From positions 1 through 43,392 of the forward strand of contig JAUCBJ010000749.1 of the NCBI GenBank assembly GCA_032718475.1: 43,392 bases of DNA, written 5' to 3'. This document shows, in pieces, positions 1-12,517 of this stretch. Made by a program: the position numbers and the translations under genes. The DNA comes from Nemertoderma westbladi. Its lineage: Eukaryota > Animalia > Xenacoelomorpha. The first letter of the stretch is position 1. Each line of letters starts with the position of its first letter. The notes under the pieces are model-generated. The model did not search any database. It was given only the letters and a program-made list of their open reading frames with translations, and was not told the origin of the DNA.

Positions 1-967
1 TCTGGTCTGCCGCTAGAGGGCGAATTCTCTGAAGATGAAAACCTTCACCCGTCTCTTTGATTTTAATCCGGTTAAGATGAAACTTGGGATATTTGCACTA
101 GAAAATTGTCTGCGTCTTTATGGGACGCTGCTCCATCTTTACTTCTAAAGTTAGCCGCTAGAGGGTGAACTAGCTAGTAGCTTTATTAATTGCAATTAAT
201 GCTTGAAAGGGCAAACTGAACAAATAACTTATTTGATATTTATGGAAAGGCGGTTTTAGTACATCTATTGGAGATTTTTACACTTTCTTATCTAAGCTCT
301 CATGATGTGTGAAGGCCCTACAACATGTTTAGTTAGAATACTAGACTAAACACTAGAATAATGAGAGTACTACTTCAGCTGCGCCGAAGCAACTACTGTA
401 CTTTGTGTAGTAGTTAATAAAATATTTGTCACAATCCACAAAAAGGATACACGAGATATAAGGAAGATACACAAACAAAGACAGTCAAGTACAGTTGGGT
501 ACTGGCTTTACCACAGGTTTTTTTTTTAACTTTACAAGCCTCATTTATTCACAAAATATTAAAAAACCTCTTCAGAAATACAAACACTAAATACAAACAG
601 AGACACTATAACAAAACAATTAAAGACAGTAATTACAGAAACGCGGGAAATTTAAAAACTTAAACAACAACAAACAGTTAAACTGCACCACCACCAAACA
701 GCCTATAACATACAGACCTATACCACAGGCTTTACCACAGGTACTACATACACTACTAGCTGCACTGACCCCCTCACACCCTGTCCTGTGATCAGTACCA
801 CGGGATAAACATACAATGTACTCCAGAACTGCACTTAACTGTGGGACCAGAGGCTAGAATCCTTCCATACCAGACAGAGATTGAATCACTCTACTTAATG
901 TTCATGTTATGCGGACGCGTTACATGAATGGGCGCATGATCTCGTCCAATGCGTGTAATTCTTTCAC

Positions 968-1746
968 CTACTACTACTATAATCGGCCTGCTGCATTGAA
1001 ACTGCACATTGAGATGCTATGCAGCTTAACAAAAACATTTTGTCACCACCATGCAATCCACAATTGGCAAGCCCAATGCAGCGTGCATTAAGAATGCTAT
1101 GCCGGCTTATCAACAAAGTTGCACCGCCACAACTCCCTATCCCCCATGACTTTCGCGAGATTATCCGCATCTTCAAGGCCAGTGTCCTTTAGGAGGCGTC
1201 TCACGAAAGTCATGGCTGTCCACCATGCTTATTTTCTCCATGGGTCTGCCAAAGCACAAGATTGTGCACAGGCTGGTCCTCACGGCGAAAACAATGTCCT
1301 GCAAAGCGGAGGCTGGCTTTGTTCTAGTGTCAAGCTTGGGGGAACCAATGAGACTACCTCCAATGTTATATAGTGTCTGGTTGGAGATGTGTGCATTGTA
1401 CTTGACACAGTGAACCCAATGTAGCATTCTTGTGAATGTGCCATTCAGAGATTTAATGTCCTCAGCAGTTAGAGCCAGCATGGACTCCCATAAAGGAGTA
1501 CTGGAACTAGTGCTGCTCTAAATAATCGGACCTTATGTTTCCGATGAATTCTGTGGACTTCCAAATCCTGGAAAGCCCATTCAATGCTGCCCATGCGTTG
1601 CTTTCCCTTGCGTATTCGAAGGCTGACTTCCGGATCCATGATCCAAGGTAACAGAAGTCGTCCACATGCTCAAGTATACCATCCTTTAAGCTTATGCTCA
1701 TGCGATCAGAGATTTGCTGAGGACTTTCAAAGTTAAATTCTTTCAC
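968..1746 (-). mobile_element. RTE-clade non-LTR retrotransposon, 5'-truncated 3' fragment (degenerate)
   Basis: Minus-strand peptides 'LEHVDDFCYLGSWI' and 'SLNGTFTRML...YNAHISNQTLY' match the RT thumb/C-terminal region of RTE LINEs; same family as 32838-34335, 37655-38103 and 39061-39360; short (TAG)n tail at ~968-980; frameshifted. Confidence 0.85.
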
Positions 1747-2368
1747 AGCTAACGAATTTTTGTATTATTATACCTAATTGGATGTGCAATGAGGTGACGA
1801 TTACGATAAACATTTACTATTTACCTCAAAAAGTAAGATTTTACAAATAATAATAATATGACCTTTTACATGAAGGACGAATCATCGTGTCCGCCATACC
1901 TAGCTATAATTTAATTCATATTGATATAAATGTGTTGCAATTAGCAATACGGTCCTAATTTGTTTTACAGTAGTTGAGTAGTTTAAATTCAGGAAAACTT
2001 TAAATCGCTAGCTCATCCACAATGGAAGTTCGTTTTTGGATAACATTACATGAAGGAAGCGAAATACGGCAAAATCTGTAGACACCCAGCGGACCATATT
2101 GTATCATGAGCAGAACTATTTCCTGTTTCTGGTGATGTATGTGGTGTAGCTGTATAGGTAGAAAAATGTTCCATCAACAATTAAAAATATAACCTGGACT
2201 TTACTTCCAAACAGCCATTTTTTAACATATAAATAAATTTTTATGATCCATAATATATTGTCTGCAATTTGCGCAAAAATGTTGACGAAATTGGAGATAA
2301 AATTTCCCATTGTATGAAACTTGGTTTTTGTCGAACTTCCAACATTTTAGGCACTGAACGAAGTCTGG

Positions 2369-5300
2369 ACAATGTTTGGGGCTCTTTTGGTGAGAATCCC
2401 CCACAATGTTTGGGGCTCTTTTGGTGAGAATCCCCCACAATGTTTGGGGCACTTTTGGTGAGAATCCCCCAAAATGTTTGGGGCTCTTTTGGTGAGAATC
2501 CCCCACAATGTTTGGGGCTCTTTTGGTGAGAATCCCCCACAATGTTTGGGGCTCTTTTGGTGAGAATCCCCCACAATGTTTGGGGCTCTTTTGGTGAGAA
2601 TCCCCCACAATGTTTGGGGCTCTTTTGGTGAGAATCCCCCACAATGTTTGGGGCTCTTTTGGTGAGAATCCCCCACATTGTTTGGGGCTCTTTTGGTGAG
2701 AATCCCCCACAATGTTTGGGGCTCTTTTGGTGAGAATCCCCCACAATGTTTGGGGCTCTTTTGGTGAGAATCCCCCACAATGTTTGGGGCTCTTTTGGTG
2801 AGAATCCCCCACATTGTTTGGGGCTCTTTTGGTGAGAATCCCCCACAATGTTTGGGGCTCTTTTGGTGAGAATCCCCCACATTGTTTGGGGCTCTTTTGG
2901 TGAGAATCCCCCACAATGTTTGGGGCTCTTTTGGTGAGAATCCCCCACAATGTTTGGGGCTCTTTTGGTGAGAATCCCCCACATTGTTTGGGGCTCTTTT
3001 GGTGAGAATCCCCCACATTGTTTGGGGCTCTTTTGGTGAGAATCCCCCACAATGTTTGGGGCTCTTTTGGTGAGAATCCCCCACAATGTTTGGGGCTCTT
3101 TTGGTGAGAATCCCCCACATTGTTTGGGGCTCTTTTGGTGAGAATCCCCCACAATGTTTGGGGCTCTTTTGGTGAGAATCCCCCACATTGTTTGGGGCTC
3201 TTTTGGTGAGAATCCCCCACAATGTTTGGGGCTCTTTTGGTGAGAATCCCCCACATTGTTTGGGGCTCTTTTGGTGAGAATCCCCCACAATGTTTGGGGC
3301 TCTTTTGGTGAGAATCCCCCACATTGTTTGGGGCTCTTTTGGTGAGAATCCCCCACAATGTTTGGGGCTCTTTTGGTGAGAATCCCCCACATTGTTTGGG
3401 GCTCTTTTGGTGAGAATCCCCCACAATGTTTGGGGCTCTTTTGGTGAGAATCCCCCACATTGTTTGGGGCTCTTTTGGTGAGAATCCCCCACAATGTTTG
3501 GGGCTCTTTTGGTGAGAATCCCCCACATTGTTTGGGGCTCTTTTGGTGAGAATCCCCCACAATGTTTGGGGCTCTTTTGGTGAGAATCCCCCACATTGTT
3601 TGGGGCTCTTTTGGTGAGAATCCCCCACAATGTTTGGGGCTCTTTTGGTGAGAATCCCCCACATTGTTTGGGGCTCTTTTGGTGAGAATCCCCCACAATG
3701 TTTGGGGCTCTTTTGGTGAGAATCCCCCACAATGTTTGGGGCTCTTTTGGTGAGAATCCCCCACAATGTTTGGGGCTCTTTTGGTGAGAATCCCCCACAA
3801 TGTTTGGGGCTCTTTTGGTGAGAATCCCCCACAATGTTTGGGGCTCTTTTGGTGAGAATCCCCCACAATGTTTGGGGCTCTTTTGGTGAGAATCCCCCAC
3901 AATGTTTGGGGCACTTTTGGTGAGAATCCCCCACATTGTTTGGGGCACTTTTGGTGAGAATCCCCCACATTGTTTGGGGCTCTTTTGGTGAGAATCCCCC
4001 ACAATGTTTGGGGCTCTTTTGGTGAGAATCCCCCACAATGTTTGGGGCTCTTTTGGTGAGAATCCCCCACAATGTTTGGGGCACTTTTGGTGAGAATCCC
4101 CCACAATGTTTGGGGCACTTTTGGTGAGAATCCCCCACAATGTTTGGGGCTCTTTTGGTGAGAATCCCCCACAATGTTTGGGGCTCTTTTGGTGAGAATC
4201 CCCCACATTGTTTGGGGCTCTTTTGGTGAGAATCCCCCACATTGTTTGGGGCTCTTTTGGTGAGAATCCCCCACAATGTTTGGGGCTCTTTTGGTGAGAA
4301 TCCCCCACAATGTTTGGGGCTCTTTTGGTGAGAATCCCCCACATTGTTTGGGGCTCTTTTGGTGAGAATCCCCCACATTGTTTGGGGCTCTTTTGGTGAG
4401 AATCCCCCACATTGTTTGGGGCTCTTTTGGTGAGAATCCCCCACAATGTTTGGGGCTCTTTTGGTGAGAATCCCCCACATTGTTTGGGGCTCTTTTGGTG
4501 AGAATCCCCCACAATGTTTGGGGCTCTTTTGGTGAGAATCCCCCACATTGTTTGGGGCTCTTTTGGTGAGAATCCCCCACATTGTTTGGGGCTCTTTTGG
4601 TGAGAATCCCCCACATTGTTTGGGGCTCTTTTGGTGAGAATCCCCCACAATGTTTGGGGCTCTTTTGGTGAGAATCCCCCACATTGTTTGGGGCTCTTTT
4701 GGTGAGAATCCCCCACAATGTTTGGGGCTCTTTTGGTGAGAATCCCCCACATTGTTTGGGGCTCTTTTGGTGAGAATCCCCCACATTGTTTGGGGCTCTT
4801 TTGGTGAGAATCCCCCACATTGTTTGGGGCTCTTTTGGTGAGAATCCCCCACAATGTTTGGGGCTCTTTTGGTGAGAATCCCCCACATTGTTTGGGGCTC
4901 TTTTGGTGAGAATCCCCCACAATGTTTGGGGCTCTTTTGGTGAGAATCCCCCACAATGTTTGGGGCTCTTTTGGTGAGAATCCCCCACAATGTTTGGGGC
5001 TCTTTTGGTGAGAATCCCCCACAATGTTTGGGGCTCTTTTGGTGAGAATCCCCCACAATGTTTGGGGCTCTTTTGGTGAGAATCCCCCACAATGTTTGGG
5101 GCTCTTTTGGTGAGAATCCCCCACAATGTTTGGGGCTCTTTTGGTGAGAATCCCCCACATTGTTTGGGGCTCTTTTGGTGAGAATCCCCCACATTGTTTG
5201 GGGCTCTTTTGGTGAGAATCCCCCACAATGTTTGGGGCTCTTTTGGTGAGAATCCCCCACAATGTTTGGGGCTCTTTTGGTGAGAATCCCCCACAATGTT

Positions 5301-5496
5301 TGGGGCACTTTTGGTGAGAATCCCCCACAATGTTTGGGGCACTTTTGGTGAGAATCCCCCACAATGTTTGGGGCTCTTTTGGTGAGAATCCCCCACAATG
5401 TTTGGGGCTCTTTTGGTGAGAATCCCCCACAATGTTTGGGGCTCTTTTGGTGAGAATCCCCCACAATGTTTGGGGCTCTTTTGGTGAGAATCCCCC
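2369..5496. repeat. 34-bp minisatellite, ~92 contiguous units (ACAATGTTTGGGGCTCTTTTGGTGAGAATCCCCC)
   Basis: Directly visible; two recurring variable positions (ACAATG/ACATTG, GGGCTC/GGGCAC); lies in the intron upstream of the first myosin exon seen. Confidence 0.98.
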
Positions 5497-5649
5497 AAAA
5501 CAGTGAGAGAAAGAAAAATCTTGTCCAGAGTTCGCCATTAAAATATTTTTTTTTTTTTAATATTTTAAATCTAAAGATAAATTGATTCGAAGGAATAAAT
5601 TCGCGACCGCGCGAATTTTTTCTCTGAGGTTCATATTATTGTTTTTCAG

Positions 5650-5836
5650 ATTCGAACAATTTTATATAAATTATGGCAGCGAAAAACTCCACCAGCTGGT
5701 TATTAGTTTAACACTAACACGGGACCAAGACGATTATTATCAACAAGAGGTGCCATGGCAACACATTGATTATAATGATAACGACGGTATATGTGCAATG
5801 TTGGATTCGACACCTTCTGGGATAATCGCATTCATG
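5650..5836 (+). CDS. Myo1c: Myosin-I (Myo1c-like) coding exon, relay helix region
   Basis: tttttcag| ... |gtaggg; FEQFYINYGSEKLHQ...WQHIDY aligns by eye to myosin FEQFCINYCNEKLQQ...W. Upstream exons not found in window. Confidence 0.9.
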
Positions 5837-6819
5837 GTAGGGCAATTAGGTTGCACTTGTTATGTTATGTTGCTTTTAATTCTAGCCAAAGTCCATATGA
5901 AATACATTAGAATATTATAATAATATAGCACAATTTACGGAAGTATAGAATATCATCATAAGTACATGTAAAGCCCCTACTGGAACGAGAGCGACCAAAA
6001 AGGGAGGCCAGTTTGTGAGGGGTAAGTGGGGGGGGGGGGGGGGGGGGGGGGGGATTCTGGAGTTGGAGGCTACTCTCATGTTCCACCCCGACCAACTAAG
6101 CCATTGGTGAATCTGAGGCAAGTCACTAGACTAGCCTCAGAACACCCTAACACTTGGGTCCCCAATGCGACAAGGTGAGTTGACTGCCTTGGCAGATAAG
6201 CTTTCTCTTAGCGCAGTGGGTATTCAAGAGCACGGAATGCAGACTGGACAGACTGATTAGGTTCTGATTAAGGACATGGGGCGGTTGGGGACTCGCCCTC
6301 GCATCATCAGATGATAGTGGCAATAGTGGAATTGGTATGAATGACTGGTTGGATACTATTATCTGATAATAATTGTTTTATTTATAAATCTTTTGGCCAA
6401 CATTAAACTATGGAGACTGTATGTTTAAAAGGCTGTATGTTTACTCAGCTTCATGATTCTCCATAGGCTAACATTATAGTTTGAAATGTAAAAATCACCG
6501 CTTATTAATCTATATCAGGTTACTCACTATTGATTGCAAAATATTTTATAGATGAATAATATTTAGCGGTTCCATGCAGACTATATGCAAACATTAATAC
6601 AGAGTGGGATCTCTCTCTAATAAGCATTATTATTATTAATTATTAACTATTAATCATTTTACCCAGTTGTTAGCTCCTTTCACAGAATACAACACAGACT
6701 CTTGCCCTGGATTCAATGAATGTGAATCTCTATTACAATAGACATCTGATATGCTCATGGGTACTACGATTTGCACATGGTGCTAGGATTTATTACTGGT
6801 TACATGGATTTGGAACTGA

Positions 6820-7105
6820 GCAGTTCAATTTGTAACTGGGTGCTCAGATTTGTAACCATTTGTAACAAATTATAACCAGGGACATCAAGTTACGACAGGG
6901 TGCTCGCTCATATATGTAACTAAATATACTGATTTGTAACCAAGAACACAGATTTGTAACCAGGAACTAAAATTCGTAACTGGAAATGCCAATTCGTATC
7001 CAAGCACTGAGATTTGTAACAGGGAACTCGAACTTGTTACAGGACTCTCAGATTTGTAACTAGAATCTCAACTTTGTAACCTGGAGCTCAAATTTGTAAC
7101 CTCTA
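6820..7105. repeat. Degenerate ~21-bp tandem repeat with (A)TTTGTAAC core
   Basis: Repeated CAGATTTGTAACCAGG-like units in myosin intron. Confidence 0.8.
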
Positions 7106-7254
7106 CCAGTTGTCTCTTTATTTGAAATAAAAAGTCGGTTCCGCAGCTAGGCCCGTTTCTAGTATGAAAAAGTGTTATGGTTTACCTTGTAATAAAATAT
7201 TATAGGCCTACATATATTTTTCTGAATTAAGATACTTTTTTGTTTTACTTTAAG

Positions 7255-7476
7255 GACGATGCATTCTTCGGCTCCGAATCCGACACCGGTTGCTCAAGCG
7301 ACCAGTCACTATGGAAGACGTTTAACCAAGAACTTTCTACTGATAAGTTTTATGTTGAGATTCAGAATACCGCTGCGCTCCAGTTCGGAATAAAACATTT
7401 CGCAGGTGACGTCGTATATGACATAAACGGATTTGTGGAGAAGAATAGCGATGTAATTCAGATGGATTTGAAAGAG
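7255..7476 (+). CDS. Myo1c: Myosin-I coding exon (motor domain)
   Basis: taag| ... |gtgaaa, phase 0; FGIKHFAGDVVYDINGFVEKNSD = myosin F.I.HYAG.V.Y...GF..KN.D motif. Confidence 0.92.
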
Positions 7477-7604
7477 GTGAAATAAATTTGTCTACATTAA
7501 TTTATTGATATCCTTTCTAAGTTTCATTATTTTTATTATTTATTTTATGTATCAGATTTGTACCACATTCTTATTAAATCTTCCCAACCTCTTTAACTCT
7601 GTAG

Positions 7605-7797
7605 GTTTTGAATTTGAGCACCAACCGCGTCACCAGAATGTCCTACGGTGACCCTCAGGAATGGTCGGAATCCAACAGACCAACAACTTCAATAATGTCA
7701 CAATTCAGGCAAAGTGTCATTGACATTCTCAAAAATATATCAAGAATGCAACCTTTCTATATCAATTGCATAAATCCCAACCGAATCAAGAAATCAG
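7605..7797 (+). CDS. Myo1c: Myosin-I coding exon (motor, loop 2 region)
   Basis: gtag| ... G|gttcgt; QFRQSV...PFYINCINPN corresponds to F..SL..L...P.YIRCIKPN. Confidence 0.9.
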
Positions 7798-8481
7798 GTT
7801 CGTGCTTAGCCAAAAATAATTATTTCCTTGATTACCCTTAATGACTGCAACATTTATAATTTAATATGATATGACATGATATATACAATAATACATTAAC
7901 ATTAGTTTTATCCCATTTGGGAGTTCATCATAATATAAAAATTATCATTTTTTCTGGAGTTTGCTAAAGTACCAATAACAGGTACTTTCCCAAACTGGGT
8001 AAAGTTTGTTTAAAAAATTGTTGTGATTTCATTTTTACTTTTGTGAGATGGTTGAATAATTGTGACAATCAACAAAAAATTAAATAATTTGTTGTGGATA
8101 GTATAGTGGAAGATTGTGTTTTTTGACAAAGAAATGCTGGACTCAATAATTGCTTACAATTTGATTGATATATTAACCATAATATTACTTTATGCACTTC
8201 CAGTTGAAACAACAGCACTTACAGAATATGACACGTTCGTGGGGACTTCGCGCAGCACGAGGCCTAGTTATTATATTCAAATTAAAATGCAGCGACTGTA
8301 TCACAAAATCAGGTTTTGAGAAATTTACCCACACCACCAATCAATCAAAGAAAGGTGGACAGTACGTGTTCACCCCTTTTAATCTCCCCCCCCCCCCCCC
8401 ACCCTTCCCAACCACCAATACATAACCGCGACATCTACCACCCACGGAAGGGTAGCACGAACTTATTTCCAATCGCACGTT

Positions 8482-8773
8482 AAATATGCAAAGCCAGGTG
8501 GTTTATAGGAATATAATAAACGCAGTACTCGTTTTCATTATAAGCCTCTTTGCGTTCGTCCTGTTTTGTATTTAAATATATTTCTTAAACGCAAGCTAGG
8601 ACGATCTTTATAATAATAATAACTAGGGATGCGATCAATATGTGAAGCCAGGTGGTTTATATAATAATTTAGTCAACGCAGTACTCGTCTTCATTATATG
8701 CCTCGTTGCGCTCGTCGCTTGTCCTGTTTTGTCATAAAATATTTTTCCTAAACGCAGACTGACGATCTTTATA
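8482..8773. repeat. Diverged ~155-bp direct duplication
   Basis: AAGCCAGGTGGTTTATA...ACGCAGTACTCGT...GACGATCTTTATA occurs at ~8490-8612 and ~8645-8773. Confidence 0.8.
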
Positions 8774-9699
8774 CAGTTATAACTATGCGAAGTTTCGAAA
8801 CTGTGCGAGTAACTGTTGATACATCTATGTGGAGATGTGTGATATGTGGAGATGTGTGATACAACGCCAACGCATCTTATGCCGATGTAGTAATATGGGT
8901 ATTGAAATAATATTAAATCAATGTACACTCTTAAAGCTGCAGCGAAAAAATGTAGCTAATTTCCTAGGTTACATATAAAATAATAATATTATTTTTAAGA
9001 ACATTAATTTTACTACTTTGCAAAAATTCAATTAAAAAATAACCAGACATATACATTGTGGAATAAACTATTTCAGAAGCCTACAACAGCTATGCCATGG
9101 ATTGTATTTATGTTATTATATCTGTCATTTAACTGAGATAGCAATAGTAGTAATAGTCGAACGGTTATGCGGCCCGTCCAGCCTATAATAAACACAATTC
9201 AGTGATTGGGCTGGAATAGCAATACTGGTTGCCTCTATTACAATTCCTCTCAGGTTAGTCTACAGCCACAACTCCCAGCAGCTAGCTCCACACCAGCAGA
9301 GACTTGACCAATAATGGGAAGGATTAAATTTGTACTCAATAATTGTGCGGTTTAATTACGTTTAGATCAATTAAAGACACATTTATTAAAGCAAATCACT
9401 TAAACTAATTAAAAACTATAATAGAATGGCGTATGGGGATTATATCTGTATAATTTTTAAGTATAATTATTTAAATCTTATACTGTAAAACAATTAATTT
9501 CCTTTAAAAGGCAGGTTGAAAATGGCGTTTTCACCGCAATCAACTTAATTAACTAATTAACTGCTATTATCTTAGCTTCTCGAAGGCCACACGGAAATTC
9601 TACTTGGAAAATTTCTAAACTTTTGCCAAACAACATGTGTACCAAGTTTGGATAGATTTCATCAAAGATTGGCCGAGTTATTAACGTTTAAAATTGAAC

Positions 9700-9746
9700 A
9701 CGACAGAACGACAGAACGACAGAACGACAGAACGACAGAACGACAG
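9700..9746. repeat. (ACGACAGA)n 8-bp microsatellite, probably inside a non-autonomous element
   Basis: About 6 tandem units visible. Confidence 0.85.
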
Positions 9747-9990
9747 GTTGATTAATGGTACCACTACGCTAAGGCTCACTCACTTCGTGGCTCGCCCCAC
9801 AGTATGATGATACAAGTTAAAACGACATCCCGATATCACTTACAGATTATAATGTACCGGTAATACAACAATGTGACCATATATCAATTCCGGCTGGCGG
9901 AACTCTATTATATTTCCGACATAATTTGTTCGACTATAAATTAATATATTGTCGACCATATTTGTAACCAGTATGTATGATTTTTCTCAG

Positions 9991-10108
9991 GATTTTTAGA
10001 CGATGAGTTTGTCAGGAACCAAGTCAAATATTTGGGTTTGTTGAATCTCGTAGAATTGAAACAAACTGGTTATGCATATTCCAGATCCTATGATAAATTC
10101 GTTGCGAG
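9991..10108 (+). CDS. Myo1c: Myosin-I coding exon (SH2/SH1 helices)
   Basis: ttctcag| ... AG|gttagt; translates GFLDDEFVRNQVKYLGLLNLVELKQTGYAYSRSYDKFVAR (class-I QV.YLGL motif); phases match neighbours; not in ORF track. Confidence 0.92.
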
Positions 10109-10239
10109 GTTAGTTCAAAGTAAACTCCAAATTAACTACCATCCTCAATATCTTGCTTTAGATTCAAACTAACGAAGCTAATTTAAATAAAATGCGACAT
10201 TTAATTTTCGTATGTTTTTCGTATTTATTTGTCTCTCAG

Positions 10240-10433
10240 GTACAGACCACTGTGTCCGACTTTGTGGCCTACGTACGACGGATCCGATAGAGATGCCACC
10301 GAGATCCTCTTGAAACACCTCGGGTATTCCGCTCTATTCGAATATTACATGGGGAAGTCGATGGTGTTTATAAAAAACGCGCAAACGATATTCAACGCAG
10401 ATAATGCATTCCGGAGCAAGAAAGAGGACATTG
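10240..10433 (+). CDS. Myo1c: Myosin-I coding exon (converter)
   Basis: ctctcag| ... G|gttggt; RYRPLCPTLWP...MGKSMVFIKN = myosin-I RY..L...TWP...GKTKIFI. Confidence 0.9.
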
Positions 10434-10805
10434 GTTGGTGACTTTAGTGAGGCGTTGTGCTGTGCGTAGAATGTTTGGAATGTATTGTGTAATGTGCTTT
10501 CTCTGCTTGGCAGATCTATTAATGTATACAAGGTAAACAAGGGATATATTGGTATAATCATAACATCATCATAACATAATCATCAACCTTGTAGCGATTT
10601 AATATATTTTCTTATTAATTAATATCAAATCTAAAATTAATATTTAATACATTTTCTCAATAATATTCTCCAATGATTTTTTCCTGACGAAAACGATCCC
10701 GCGCCGTTGTCCAATACGTTCATGTCAATTGTAAATAGTTACGATGCAACTCCAACTTTCACATTCGTCTTCCTTTTGTATGCTTCGGTGCTTTATACGT
10801 TAAAT

Positions 10806-10935
10806 GCGGGGTAGCTGAGTTGGTTGAGGGCCGGGCCTGCAATCTATTGGTTGTAGGTACAGCCCCGCCAGGGTCCACTCAGCCTTTCAGCCTTCGGGTC
10901 GCCTCTGGCCTCGGCCTACTGTTTGCTTGCTTCTT
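10806..10935 (+). mobile_element. tRNA-derived SINE, internally deleted copy
   Basis: Same head and tail as 16508-16738 (GGTTGTAGGT.CAGCCCCGCCAGGGTCCACTCAGCCTTT ... GCCTTCGGGTCGCCTC) with the middle missing. Confidence 0.8.
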
Positions 10936-11110
10936 TGCTTTATACTAACATTTCACCAAAAGATTGGTGAAATAGAACAAATAATATTTCGCTAATATTT
11001 TTTTGCGTCGTTCATATGAGTAACAACATTTGGCTAATTTATTTATTATTTAATTATAAGTCGTTAATATAATTTCTTCTTGTAATGCGAGTTATTTTCC
11101 TTGAATGCAG

Positions 11111-11264
11111 CGGTAATTATCCAACGGCGATGGAGGGGGTTTAGAGAACGGCGAGATTATCTGCACACGAGGATGTGCGTAAATCGCGTAGCATCTATAT
11201 GGAGGGGTTACAAAGCGCGGGTTGTCAGAGACCAACGGAAAGATGCTGCTGCCAAGGTAACCAG
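11111..11264 (+). CDS. Myo1c: Myosin-I coding exon (IQ motifs)
   Basis: atgcag| ... AG|gtcagt; IQRRWRGFRERR and VASIWRGYKAR IQ motifs. Confidence 0.9.
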
Positions 11265-11783
11265 GTCAGTGATTATGTCGCTACACCGCGCAGCACGTGG
11301 GAACGGTCTCCAGCAACTAGTCTAATGTTAATTAGTGTAAAATTTTAGGTATTTTGTGTGAATTAGTAATATTATTTTAATTTGTCTATTTGCTTTAAGT
11401 TTTAATTAATCAGTGTACTTACTTAGTTTTGGGAATCGGTTTGCGCACTATTAATGGCAATTGCTTAATGGCCAGAAGTTAACCCTGCAGGTTAAAGAGT
11501 GGCGGCCTAAGCCCGAAAAAATGTCATGTAAACGTAGCCCTCATAATTTATTACATTTAGTACAATAAATAAATAAAGTAAAAATAATATTTACAATAAT
11601 TTTAACATAATGTCGTCGATTATAGCCAAGACCCGAAGGCTCTGAAAAATGTGAGTAAAAGTTACAACTCAATCCCATCCGTACTGAATGGCATAATATT
11701 AGCATAGAGTGAACAAAACCATTGGTACCAGTATACAAACCTATCAGTTCCATAAACGTCAATCATAAACTTTATATTTGCAG

Positions 11784-11953
11784 TTTTATTCGCGGTTACT
11801 TGAGAAGGAATGACCCAGAAAGCCAAGAGAATAGTTTTTTCTTGAAGGAAGTCCGTAACTATTATTTACGGAAATGCAGAGAGGCGATGCCGACGTCCCT
11901 ACTTCAACCGTCTTACTTCCCGAAACCGCCGCCGGTTCTCCAGCAGACGTCAG
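11784..11953 (+). CDS. Myo1c: Myosin-I coding exon (post-IQ)
   Basis: ttgcag| ... G|gtagga; FIRGYLRRNDPESQENSFFLKEVR...PKPPP resembles Myo1c [24 protein letters not shown]...WPTPPP. Confidence 0.9.
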
Positions 11954-12272
11954 GTAGGAAAAGTGTCCGTGTTCGCCCAGATATATCATTTTTCCGAAAA
12001 TAATGTGTTCAATAAGCGAGTGGGGTGGTGTTCCCACGGCTCCTACATGGTGTAACCGATGGTTACCATGGCCAATAGCAAGGTTGTTAAGGTAGCTATT
12101 TCAGGGACTATTAACCAGATTTCTCATCGGCGGATTTTTTCGTATTTTGGATATGTTACCACAGACTAACAGGGTTTTGAAAGGCGTGAAATCCAGCTTG
12201 GTTTTATTATTTTCCAGGCCAATCTCTATTTCTAGCAGTAGTTAATTTCATTGTTTTATAATTGTATTCTAG

Positions 12273-12517
12273 TTTTACTCAACGATATTTGGCGTATAAA
12301 TCATTCCCGAAAGCTGATAAGAGCCCTAACAAAGTCAGACATTATGGTAATGGAACAGAAGTCGGTAGCGCAGGATCTGTTTGGCGGGAGGAAATCGATG
12401 TATTCGGCGAGCGTGTCGATGGTTTTCCGCGACTCTCATCTGGATGAGGATCAAACCGAGTCACTGATGGAAGTCTGGAATAAATCTATCCAGAGCAGCG
12501 ATAAGGAGATAATGGTG
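12273..12517 (+). CDS. Myo1c: Myosin-I coding exon (TH1 start)
   Basis: ttctag| ... |gtaagt; QKSVAQDLFGGRKSMYSASV resembles Myo1c [20 protein letters not shown]. Confidence 0.9.

Noticed and set aside
226-250. LFDIYG resembling myosin switch II
   Set aside because: No FE after the motif, in-frame stop just upstream, no convincing splice sites; lies in repeat-like sequence.
2369-5496. CRISPR array (also 25714-26926, 28219-28398)
   Set aside because: Units are contiguous with no unique spacers; eukaryotic context, no cas genes.
2222-5538. Three >1000-aa minus-strand ORFs
   Set aside because: Artefact of a stop-free 34-bp unit cycling through all frames; no unique domain.
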